From Okamejei kenojei (Eukaryota), in NCBI GenBank assembly GCA_035221665.1, contig CM069143.1:20770001-20834000 (forward strand): a DNA stretch of 64,000 nucleotides, read 5' to 3'. The notes beneath the pieces were generated by a model. It made no database searches and was not told where the DNA came from. It saw only the letters and a program-made list of their open reading frames with translations. Position numbers and translations under genes: made by a program. Shown in pieces: positions 27,601-39,135 of this stretch (its first letter is position 1; the number at the start of each line of letters is the position of its first letter).

Positions 27601-30600
27601 CAGACAACATTATGGGGATCAGATAATTTATGCATAAATTAATTCTAGATTCTAAGGACCTTTTTAATTCACTAAGTTTAGAAAATGAAACATATCTTTA
27701 TCAGGATTAAAGAGGAAAAAGACAAAACATTAAATAATAACTGCATTTAAAAGCTATATCCTTCCAAGAGAACACTTGCCCGCACTTCCTACACCTTGGT
27801 TAGTCTATATTTCCCCCCCTCGTCCATTCCCAGTATCTGAGAGAAAATGGCCTCTGATCCTGGCCTACGATGTGCATATTATGGAACCTGTTCAGATTGC
27901 CCCAAAATCCATTTTTCTATCTCTTTCCACATTGACATCTCTTCACCTTTGCTCAATTGCTAGCCCAGCATTGTGACTAAATTTGAAGATGCTAATGTGA
28001 GATAACACTGCAAAACCCATTTTGCACTGGCTTATAAGGTTCTCTGCCATGGAAAACTGCCATTTTTATTTTTGAAATAGTTAGCCTTGTTAAATTGTTA
28101 GCACATGGTTCAGTTATGTTATTGTGATGCTATCCCACAAAACACACTGCTCCACAACAGGGTAACTATTGCCTATAAACCAGTTGTGTACACCAGTACA
28201 CACCAGCTGTGTGTATCAGGGGTGATAAAAGTATGACACTGTTCTGGGGAAGGGTGGGGGAAGAAAAATGTAAATATCATATTTACTTGAACTATGCAAA
28301 TACAAGACGGACACCCACAAGTAAAGGACACAAAACACATGTGTAGTTCAGAATATTTTTTTTTCTTAATGGTGGCTAAATACTCTCACCAAGTAATTAA
28401 TGGGTAAATTTGTGAGAAGCATGTAGCCCAGGCAATAGGGTAACTAATGTCAAAGGATATTAAAATCAATGCTGCCTTCCTTTTGACCATTGTGATCATG
28501 GTAGATCAAGACAACATAGACAGAAGCTCATTGCAAAACAGCTGCTGGAGCCAAACAAGAGTGAGTTCTGTTGATTCTGCTGCTACAGTCCTACATGAAC
28601 TGTTTCTTCGTTGATGTCAAGTGCTAGCACAATATCACCAATGCTAATTTAAATTTGAATTTAGCGGGGGTGGGTGGTTGGACAGATAATGTTCAATGAT
28701 GCGCATTGATGTACTCAACCAAATCATGATTATTGATATTCAGTGACACTCTCATGAGATTTACATGACTGACAAAAATTCAAAATGTAGCACCCGTCAT
28801 GCTGAATCTAAAATCCAGGTTGTGTAGCATCACCTTTTGCATTTAACAAGGTATTTTTCCTATCCATTTAATATGATACACCTCAATTATATTTACGTTT
28901 TGGTGCATAAAATGTACTTACTTTTCTTTATAATATACAACCTTACCAATTTTTTAGATTCCATTTTTTTTGTTTATAATCAGAGAAACCGGTTCAATTG
29001 CACTTTTTCACAAATATTTATTGTATTCAACTACTTTTTTTGTCTGCGGAATAAATTAAACTTTCAATCTATTATTTAACTGGCATTCACTGCTGTGTGG
29101 AGTGCCTCCACATCCAGGAAAAAAGGGAGGCAAATGAGCTGAAAAAGAATTGAAGCTTAGTGTGGTGAAAAGTTTGTGAGGAGAATATTACCTTCCAAAC
29201 ACAACCTACATTCTACAAAGCAAATAATCCCTTGGACAAACTAGGTGTTGAAATACTCTTCACTGCCCTTTGCAAATCATACTTTCAAAACTGATGTAGA
29301 ATTGGGATTGTTTGAATGACCAATCAACCAGAGGTGGAACTATAAAACACAACCATTTTCTGAATGCCTTTGTCCAGCAAGAAAAGAAAAAAAAACTTTC
29401 TGTAGAACAACAGGTCAGGAAGAACATTACATTCAGTAGCTAAATAAGACGGGGTAGATAAGACTTTTGCTGATATAAGAAAGGATTATTCAACTTTTTA
29501 ATAAAATGCAGATTCATCTCCCAATATATTTATAATAGCACTATTGATCTCCCACTACTTGTGTTTGTTTCTAAACGATTCTCATTTGTTTCTGCATTCA
29601 AGCTCCCAGGATTTCCTTCTTGCTTTCAGTTTAACTTTTTACAGCTCATGGAAGCTTTCACAAACATGTCCATGCTTTCTGTTTTGTTTTCTGAGAATAA
29701 AGATTAAAGCAATCATTATGTCCTCCCTGTGTTCTTGTTGATACATCAAAAAGTTTTCTCCAAGTCCAAACATTTTCACAATCTTCTATGTTCCACTTTT
29801 TTCAGCTTCTGTTGTTACTTCACAACATGACAATCATCTCCTGTTTAATGTTTCAAAAATATCTTAACCTCTTCCTTGCTGTTGTTTCATTTTACAAAAT
29901 ATATTGCCAAATCCTTTGTTTCAGTTTTCACACGCCACAATGTCTGAAAATGACCTGCCTAAAGCAACACTCTCCAGTACCACAAAGTGAATGCTGAAGT
30001 TCAAGTATCTTCAGAAGTGTTCCAAGCAAGGCATTTGATCAAAGATGCTACGCCGTCCAGCATGGCTCACAATCCACCCCTCAGCCACCCTGATGGTGGA
30101 GTAACAGAAATCTTACATATCATTGCAGCACAAGTCAATTGAAGCTTTGTGCAGAGAGCCTAATAGGTCAGCACCACGGTTTCACTCACCCTGTGCGCCA
30201 CATAAAATGTCCAGGAAAGAATGAGCAGTCCCATTAATTGTGTCATTATGTAGCTAATTTGCTATCCCTTGAATCATTTAAGTTGAATTTACAGTGAAAA
30301 TAAATAAGTAAAATCCAAAACATTCACAACTCCAACACTTGATTGAATTGAGCCAACTTTACTGAGCCAGTTACCATGTGCTTGTTAACTCCTCGAAAGA
30401 TAATTTTTAAAAAATGTATGTTTTGTTAAAGCAAACTATGTCCAACTGACGTTTACTTTGTAAAACTGCAATTCATTCCAACATCAACTTGATTATCAAC
30501 ATCACATGGCAATAGAAGGAGTGAAACTTATCAAACCATCAATTAAAGGTGGAATCAATAGGCAAGTACCAATTTGGGGTTTGCATGTAAAATGGTTGAG

Positions 30601-30607
30601 TGAAAGG

Positions 30608-30613
30608 ACTCAC
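30608..30613 (-). other. PCDH19: Consensus 5' splice donor of the PCDH19 first coding exon
   Basis: Minus-strand AG|GTGAGT lies exactly where similarity to PCDH19 ends (after PLPE). Confidence 0.9.
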
Positions 30614-33103
30614 CTCTGGAAGGGGCATCCCATTGATGATGAGGTCTGGCTGTTGTTGGGAGCTCTGGGTGTTAGTGAAAGTGTGATACACGTGGTTTCC
30701 ACTGGCGTTCCTGGAGTTCTGGTTCTCCACATTTAGAAAGGTAGCCTCTGACCTGCGACAACCCAATGGCAGAGTTTGCTGGTGGTAGTCAAAGTAGTTC
30801 AGGGAGGAGGTGAGGGAAGAGCAGCTGACCACGTTCATTTTATCAGTCTCCTCCATGTCTCTGGGCACCAGCCTGATATCATTTTTGTTGATCTTATTCT
30901 TTTTCTTCGGTTTCTTCTGCTGTCCATAAGAATACTCCGCCACCCTACAGTTGTACGTCCTGATCTCCTTATTGTCTCGCTTGCACTTGACTGCTACAAA
31001 GATCATGGTCACGAAAAGGATTGCAGCTATGGACCCCAAGGCGATGATGAAGATTAAAGATAAGTTCAGGGACCCTGTCGACTCCTGGGCATCTAAGCCA
31101 GGGGAGAGATAGACGGCGATCAAGGCAGTGGCGGAGAGGGCAGACTTGCCGTGGTCCTGCGCCACCACGATCAGTTCATAGCTGGTCTCGGCCCCGTCTC
31201 CGAAACTTCTGGTGGTCCTGATTTCCCCACTCGTTTGATCCATCTCGAAGAAACCTCGGTCACCATCCACGATGCCGTAGGTCAAGCGGCCGTTGTCGCC
31301 TTCGTCGTAGTCGTCAGCTTTGACCACTGTCACCAAATAGCCAGAGCCGACGTTCCTCGGGATGTAGACATCGGTGGTGCCATTGACCAAAGGCGGCGCC
31401 GTGATAATGGGAACATTGTCATTGACGTCCAGGACAAACACCTTCACCGTGCTGTTACTCTCCAGGGCGGGCGTGCCCCCATCTTTGGCCATGACCTTAA
31501 ACTCGAACGACCGGGTCTGCTCGTAGTTGAAGGACCTGAGTGCGTACACGTCCCCCGAGGTGGGGTTGATGGACACGTAGGTGAAGACTGGCATGTCCCT
31601 CACCTGCGACGGGACTATCTGGTAGGAGACGCTGCCGTTCAGCCCCAAATCTACGTCCCTGGCGGACACGGAGAGGAGATGCGAGCCGGGGGTGTTGTTC
31701 TCCCGCACGCTGACCTGGTAGAAAGGCTTGGTGAAGTGAGGAGGGTTGTCGTTCTCGTCTGTGATGCGGACGGTGAAGGACTTGGTGGACTGGAGCGAGG
31801 GGGAGCCGCCGTCCTTGGCCAGGATGGTCAGGTTGTAGAAGTCCCTCTGCTCCCGGTCCAACCTCCCATCCACCAGGATGGTGTAGAAGCTCTCGTACTC
31901 CTGCAGTTTGAACGGGACGGCGCCCAACAGTTCGCACTGGACTCTGCCATTGGCGCCGGAGTCCCGGTCGGAGACTCGCACCAGGCCGATCACGTAGCCG
32001 GGAGGAGCGACCTCGCTCACCTCCACCGTCTCGCTGTTGACCGAGAACAGAGTGATGACCGGCACATTGTCGTTCACGTCCACCACGTTCACCGTCACCT
32101 TGCAGTGGGCCGGGATGGAGTTGGGTCCCAGGTCCTTCGCCTGCACGTCGATCTCGTAGATGCTCCCATCCTCGTAGTCGATGTTGCCCTTCACCGTGAT
32201 GGCCCCGGTCCGGGGCTCCAGTTTGAAGAGTTGCCTGGTCTTGTCCGGCACGTAACTGTTGAAGGAATAGACGATCTCTCCGTTTGTCCCTTCGTCCGGG
32301 TCCGAGGCGTTCAGGTCGATGACCAGCGAGTTGACCGGTGCGTTCTCCAGCACATTGACCGTGTAAGTGGTTTGTTCAAACACCGGGTAGTTGTCGTTGG
32401 AGTCGATGACTTTAACGTTGAGTTGGGCCGTGCCCAGGTTAGGTGGTTTGCCCCCGTCCAGGGCTGTGATCATGTAGCTGTAGTGAGACTGGACCTCCCT
32501 GTCCAGGGCTTTCTCCACCACCAGCTCGGCAAAGCGGGAGCCGTCCCCCCGGCTCTTGATTTCCAGCCCAAACAGTTCGTTGGGCGTTATCTGGTAGGTC
32601 TGCACTCCGAAATCCCCCGAGTCGGGGTCGTAGGCGCTCTCCAGGGGGATCCTAGTGCCCGGACTGGCCGTCTCCGAGATCTCCAGGTCGATCTGCTCGG
32701 TGGGGAAGCTGGGCGAGTTGTCGTTGATGTCCAGGATCTCCACCTTGACCACACAGATCTCCATGGAGTTGACCATCTCCTCCAGCGAGATCACGCATTT
32801 GCTGTTCTGGCCGCACAGCAGGTCTCGGTCAATCTTCTGCTTGGTTACCAGCAGCCCACTGACCGGGTTGATCTCCAGCAGATGCGGCGCCGAGTTGGAC
32901 AGGACGCGGAAGAGAGGCACCGGCTGCTCCCAAGTTGAGAAGCCAGCGTCTTTCGCTATGTTTCCGATCACTGTCCCGGCTCTCTCCTCCTCCACCACCG
33001 AGTATTTCAAATTAATCACGGCCGCGGCCCGAGCCCAGAAGAGCAGCACAATCAGCAACATCAAACCCATGCCCGAGCAGTACCTGTTGATTTCTAGATT
33101 CAT
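30614..33103 (-). CDS. PCDH19: Protocadherin-19, first coding exon (signal peptide, EC1-EC6, transmembrane helix, proximal cytoplasmic tail); CDS continues in exons not recognised here
   Basis: Matches recalled PCDH19 sequence: [45 protein letters not shown], DxNDNxPxF repeats, [27 protein letters not shown] and [14 protein letters not shown]...[13 protein letters not shown]. The ORF-track start at 33148 is TTG. The first ATG is at 33103; an alternative ATG with stronger Kozak context is at 33070. The exon ends at CCAGAG|GTGAGT in phase 0. Confidence 0.96.
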
Positions 33104-35700
33104 CACAAACAGCTTCGAGAGGCTGGCATGATGAACAACGACACACAAATCCTCACCGTCCCTCTACAGAAGCAATGCACGGACAGACACGGAGAAGCGC
33201 CGACACGTTTCCATTCACCTTGCACTTATCCTCAATAAAGTATTTTACGAAAACGAGCACGGGTCGTGTGGTTTCCCGCTGCAAAGCTCCAGAAACTGGT
33301 GTGCGTAGAAAACCTTGCTCCTCCTATTCGTGCAGCACTTACCTCAGCACCCAACCGTATCCAGATCTACAGAGAGGTTGCATGCTGCGGCAGGAGGTTT
33401 AATTTGGATTCAGATCTCAACCCGGTGCTGTTTTATTCCGACCGAAGTTTATTTTGGATCATGCATTCTTCGCAGGTAGAAGGAGCGTGTGGGTTGGGAG
33501 CCGCTGCTGCCGGCTGCCGCGGGTCCGACCTCGCCGCGCTGCAATTGCAAAGTGCAACTGGAGAGTGGCGTCTCCGCTCGGTGCGGGCTGAGTCCCGGGA
33601 CCAGTCCACCCACAGCCAATGAGAGCCGAATGCAGAGCTTGATCGGCAGCTTCAAATTAACAAGTTCTTTTCAACATTCTCTGGAGCCGAGAGGAGAAGC
33701 CGCCACTCCTGTGGTTTCATCGCGGAAGGTGGAGTCTGTGATGCGTGACTGAGTGTGAAAGGGAGCGAGCATCTATCTGTGTGATGAGGGTGCGTTTGAG
33801 TATGTGGTGAACACTGTTTTTTTCTATCACTGGCTCCTAGGGTGGATGGCTGTGTGTGAACGTGATTTGTGTGAGTGGGTGAGGGTGTACATGTGTGTAC
33901 GTGCGAACGCGTGCTAGCCCGAGCTTGCATGTGTGTGTGCAAAAACAAAAATAAATCAAGTTGCAGATAGCATAGAATTGGACACAATTGTATCCCCCTT
34001 TCAAAGGGCTGTACAAAAGCCACTTCGTTAACAGACCAAAAATAAAGCAAATGGAATTCATTCTTGGTTCCTTGAAGGACTTTTACAGTCTCATTAAAGG
34101 GTTGAGAAGTGGAGATTACCATGGATGTGATCTAAATAAAGGTTCAATTTGAGAAGACCAGTATAACCGCGCTGTTTAAATGCCGCAATTAAAACCTGTG
34201 TTAAGAGCAGAGACAATGTCCATTTGCCGCCTGTAATCGCCTCATGAGCCGCAAAAAAATCAGTGTTATTGGACATTAATCCACATAAATGAAAAACCGA
34301 CATCTCTCTCCAACTTACAACCGTATTAAATGTTGCCCGCGCGTCTCTGTACTCGGATTGCTGGAGTCTTTCAGCAGAATCTGTGTGTGCGCATCGAAGG
34401 GTTGGGGGGGGGGGGGGGTAGTAGAAGAAGGGCAGGGGGATGCATTAGCCTGACCCCACTGCCGCCCAACAAAGCAAATAGTTCAGAGGTCGGACTCCAG
34501 ACTGTCGGCATTCTGCTCCTTGTGCAAGAAAATCGTTCTCAGCTACCAAGTCACCGAGGACCAGCATTCTCCATGTCCAGATAGAAACAAGAGCTGCTTG
34601 AAACATATGCGAACCGATGGTTAACTTGCGTTGAACCCACTGTCGGAGTTGCAACCGAAATGATTCAGCAAGGTTTTTTTTTCACGAAGCTCAGTGAGTT
34701 TATTTACTTTGTTAATATGTACGTTGATAGCATTCTGTGGTTGAAATCTGTCCGAACTAGTGATCGATAAAACTGAAGTGGCGCCTGTAATATTTGATGG
34801 AGTACCAGAATACAGTCTGAATGAGATTCTGTGCTATTAACAATCCCCCAGGTAAATTGAAATGGAGGAAAGATTCAGGTAAAATTATTAACGTTGTAAT
34901 GGCTTTCACATTAAATCATTCGGCGACAGACGACAAGACAACACACATCAGCCGAATCGTGTTACCTCGGGGAAGACTAAATAGGGTGCCTGTCTCTCGC
35001 TGTCTTTTCCGGCTAAATAATAGGAGATTCGCAGCCAAATCTTATTTCGTTATTTCTATCACTGCAGCCGCCAGGAGAGTCAAAACGGAGATTTTTTTAA
35101 ATTTAAAAAAAAGGACAACATTCCTCAAATCGAGCGCGCACCTTTCCTGCAACAAGATAGCTCCTTGCAGAAGGAGTGGGCATGCTGTCCAATGTGGTAC
35201 ATGTGAGTTGTGATTAATCACAGTGGAAGTATCCGAATGCAATGCGACCTGGTTAGTGAAATAAAGTAAATGCACTTGTGTAAACTGAGACATTCAGCCG
35301 AGACATCAGCCTGCAAAGTGCATTGTGAGCCGGGCCAATGTGAGAACGCTGCCGGCATTAACAATTTGTTTACTGGATCGGCAGAGGCCATGCGGTGTGA
35401 ATTTCATCGGGTCCGCATAACCTCTCATCCGTCTGCTCTGCTGTTAAATACAATCCCCGAGATTTGCAATGCAAACCTCAGGGATAGGCGGGGGGGGGGG
35501 GGGGGGGGGGGGGCGGGAGATGGAGATTTATCTGATGGTTGTGCAGCAACATTTGCGTTCAGTCATTCGGGCTGCTTTGTGAACAGGGTCGATGCGAACA
35601 GTGAGCAGCTACTGTCACCATCCTGAGAAGCTTCCTCGTTGGATCTGGCACTCAAGCCACACGTCCAGGGAGAGTCAAGAGTGTCCATGATTATTTGAGC
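31100..35700. promoter_or_regulatory. CpG-island-like domain over PCDH19 exon 1, 5'UTR and promoter
   Basis: Sharp rise in GC and CpG against an AT-rich, CpG-poor background. No recognisable repeats. CCAAT near 33617. The transcription start cannot be placed from sequence alone. Confidence 0.65.
35487..35517 (+). repeat. Poly-G tract (G-quadruplex potential); a second tract lies at about 34404-34418
   Basis: A run of more than 20 G upstream of PCDH19. Confidence 0.85.
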
Positions 35701-36139
35701 CAATATTACATCGAATACGGCGACGACATGCGAAATAAATAATTATAATTAATTAGATTACATAATTATTTAATTGATTCAGTGTCTAAAACTCCTTTAT
35801 TAATATACATTGTCTTGAGCAGTGGAAAGGTCTGAGCGAATTATCTTCACTAGCGCCACTCAGTGGGCGAATTGAAAGGAATTTATGAACCCGATCAAAG
35901 GGGACAAGAAGCAGATGAACGCAAAATAACTCTGCTACCTTTTAGGGAATCACGAGATAATGGTTTCTCGGATGCATGTTTGACAAACGTACATCATTTT
36001 GCATTTCACGTGTAAGATTGCTGAAAATCATAATATTTGATGCTTAAATAATGACATGTCTGATATTCCACTTGTAGGTTTGCATTCAGGTATTTGGTTT
36101 CCCCACCCCTCACTGAGCTCAGTTGTTAAAACAAAGGAT

Positions 36140-37345
36140 AACATACTGCAAGCAGGGAAAATCTAAAATAAAAACAGTGTCGGAAGTACTCAAGAGGTCA
36201 GGTAGCCCCCGTGGAGAGTGAAAGTTAATGCTCAGGATGTTGAATTAAGCTGTGAAGTCAAGGTATTTCATTAATTACATCTCCTCCCACCCTGTATCTT
36301 GTAAAGATGCCGTACAAGTTACACCTCCATTTCCTGTAATCTGCTCTCATCCTGCCTCCCCTGGACAGAATAGGGATAGAGTCTTCGGCTTGTACCCATT
36401 AACATTTGAACGGAGCACATCATTCTTTGATATTTCTCCCAGTTACAAAGCGATCTCCCCATCTGTCTCATTCCTCCCTCCCTTTCTGCTTTCTGCAGAG
36501 ACAACTCTTTGATTCATTGGTTCCCTCATCCCTCCGCCTCCCCCGGAACTCTCCCGTGCAACAATAGGAGATTGTCCCTATATCTCCATGCTCACCACTA
36601 TCCAGGCAGACAATCTGTTGTAATAGGTACTTTCTCTGTGGCCTCCTATACATCAGTGACCATCGACGCTTTGCTGAGCACCTACACGCTGTCCGCAATG
36701 TTCACCTTGATCTCCTAATTGCAAGCTGCTTCAATTCCCCTCCACATTCCCACCCTGACCTTTTTGTCCTCTGCCCCCACTGCCAGGGTGAGGCCAAACA
36801 TAACCAAGAGGGACAGTGCCTCATATTCTGACTTGGTGGTCTAATGGCATGAACATCGAATACTCTAATTTCAGTTAAGGTACTTTTCTCCTTTTAGTCT
36901 TTTTAGCCACTCGGATCCTCTTCAGCCTTCTTTCCCACAACACCTATCCCCCTCTCACGCAGCGTCTTCTCCACCCAGTCCATCTGCCCATCACCAACTT
37001 GTGTCCCATTAGTTCCCCTGTACCAGCTGTTTCCATCAGCCCACCCAACCTCCCTCTTTGGTCCCCTACAGATTCCATCAAGTGTAGCCCATGGTCCCTC
37101 ACCTATCACATCCCAACCTCTGTTGTTGTTACCTCTGCCCCTCTCTCCCCCACACCTGACCCCATCCACCAATCCATTCTTCCCTACCTGGGTCCACTAT
37201 CAACTGATAGCTCTTGCCCCACCCTCCTCACGATATTGTATAGCCTATCTCCCTTCAACTCTTTCAGTCCAGAGGAAGGGATTTGACCTGAAACATCAAC
37301 AATCCATTTCCCTCCACAGATACTGCCTGACCTGCTGAGTTTCTT
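36140..37345 (+). mobile_element. Penelope-like element 3' portion with an inverted terminal-repeat copy at its 5' side
   Basis: Degraded RT/GIY-YIG remnant (36290-36880), pyrimidine-rich tract, terminal unit GAAGGGATTTGACCTGAAACATC..CTGCCTGACCTGCTGAGTTTC (37265-37345), and an inverted partial copy at 36140-36240. Confidence 0.75.
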
Positions 37346-39012
37346 GTCTTTTGTTTGGGCAGTTTGTCAGTGAGTTTCAGTTGATTTGATTTTTTTTTAA
37401 AACAGCATTAGTAAGAAATGTGAAGTTATTTCTAACTTCTTAGGCAACTGATGATATTGTAGTTCGGAGAAAAAAAAGTCATTTTTTATTGCTTTAGTTG
37501 GCTTCAATGCTTTGCAAGAATCTGACTTCATGATTGCCAAAACACAGTTTACATGATACATGGTAAAGAAGAAGGCTAAGTGATTATCACCTCTGCGTTA
37601 TCTTTGGACAGTGATTTGGCAAAAAAATAAATAAAAATCTGGGGAATATAAAAGAAAAACAGTGGGCACCAGTGAGCCACTGCAGCACCATTGATTGCTA
37701 CAAGAGGAGGGTGACCTGGAGAGATTCTTGATTTGGATCGGGTTTCACGTTCCCTGCAGATTATATTGACACATGAAGGATGCAAAAGTCCCAACTGGAG
37801 CAATTTTTAAATCCTTTCAAAACACGTGTAAAAAAAAAATCTGTCATAAATTTCTTGACAGTGCTGCAGGCAAGCTATGTGACATTTTTAGCTCTGTGTG
37901 TGATAACAGGATTCACAAAACGTGAATATTGCCTGCCATGAAAAATATATGAAAGACTAACTTATACTAATGTGCTTTCAATGAAGTTATGATTTGTTTG
38001 GGGGAAAGAGTTCAATTAATCCTAGATGAAGTCTTGTAAGTGGGTTTTTTTACAGCTGGGAACAGACTTCAGTTTTGCAAAAATTGAAATAAATGACCAT
38101 ATGTTATTACTGGAAGAATTTACAATGGTATTTTGCTTTAAAAATGTTTGAATGAGCAACGCTGCTGCCTGCATGCGAGACCATCATTAACCTGGGTATT
38201 CCACTACCGATTTATCTGTCAGTTGGTTACCCCTCACTTAATCTGTGATTTATGAGTTTATTTTAATTGTGCTATGGGTGCCAGTATTTTTTGTGTGGAT
38301 CCAATCTTAATTTAATACATATTGTTTTTTTTAGTCTTGGTTGGTTTGCTACGCATCTACAAGGTTCATGTACTAATTCCTGGAGAAAGATGCGTGCCAG
38401 CTCAAAGCAGACTTGCGTGTCACTTAATATATGACAGTACAATAAGTGCTGATGCCACAAAAGTGATGTTAAAATAAAAAACAATTTCAATTGATCTGCC
38501 AGCTAATCTGGATGTTATAATTTACTGTCTCCAATGTCATTATTTCTTAACTTTGTTTGCCTATTGTTACCCAAAATCCATAAACTATTCTGGTAGATAA
38601 TTTGTTTCAAATACTCTTCTTTTGGACTTTGTTCCTTCTTCATCTATTTATATCTGTGGCTCTTCTGATGCACAGGCTCTTTTGAGCATTTTTGGCACTG
38701 GTACAACTTGCTATTTCACCATGGGTAAGGGTTTAATTGACACCCCTCTCCAGATTACTTTTCCAAACATGCCCCAACTAATCTCTTCCCTGCTTCAATA
38801 AAACCAGTCCTATCAGTGACAGTGATTTTTTTTTAAATCCTTGATTACACACATTTTCTCCAACTAGACCTTGCTGTTGTTAGAACCTAACCTATGGCCA
38901 AATACATAAGCCGGTCAGATGTGTCCTTTGTTGTATTGGGAAAGGTACTGAATCTGCATCCTGTTTTTTGGTTTAACAAGGAAAATATTATTGATTGTAT
39001 ATCCAATTACAT

Positions 39013-39135
39013 AACTAAGGGTCTAGACCTAAAACATCACCTGTCCATGTTCTCAGAGATGCTGCCTGACCCAATAAGTTACTCCAGCACTTTGTGTCCT
39101 TTTGTGTATTAACAAGCATCTGCATTCTTTGTTTC
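39013..39135 (+). mobile_element. Short Penelope-derived unit with degenerate TSD
   Basis: AAGGGTCTAGACCTAAAACATCACC..GAGATGCTGCCTGACCC. Flanks TCCAATTACAT (39002-39012) and TCCAATCACAT (39136-39146). Confidence 0.7.

Noticed and set aside
30168-30179. RE1/NRSE-like TCAGCACCACGG
   Set aside because: Only the left half-site is present and the GACAG right half is absent. Too weak to call.
1-30600. Downstream PCDH19 exons (TENYSFDSNY..HLIK; KDSGHEESD)
   Set aside because: Searched by eye. Near-matches at about 27185 (HLIK) and 9135 (YLIK) lack the flanking residues and splice sites. A small exon could still have been missed.
31151-32938. 595 aa plus-strand ORF, plus shorter overlapping ORFs
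   Set aside because: It is the antisense shadow of the GC3-rich PCDH19 exon. It has a GTG start and no recognisable domain.
33104-33148. N-terminal extension of the 869 aa ORF
   Set aside because: It begins at TTG. The eukaryotic start is the ATG at 33103 or 33070.
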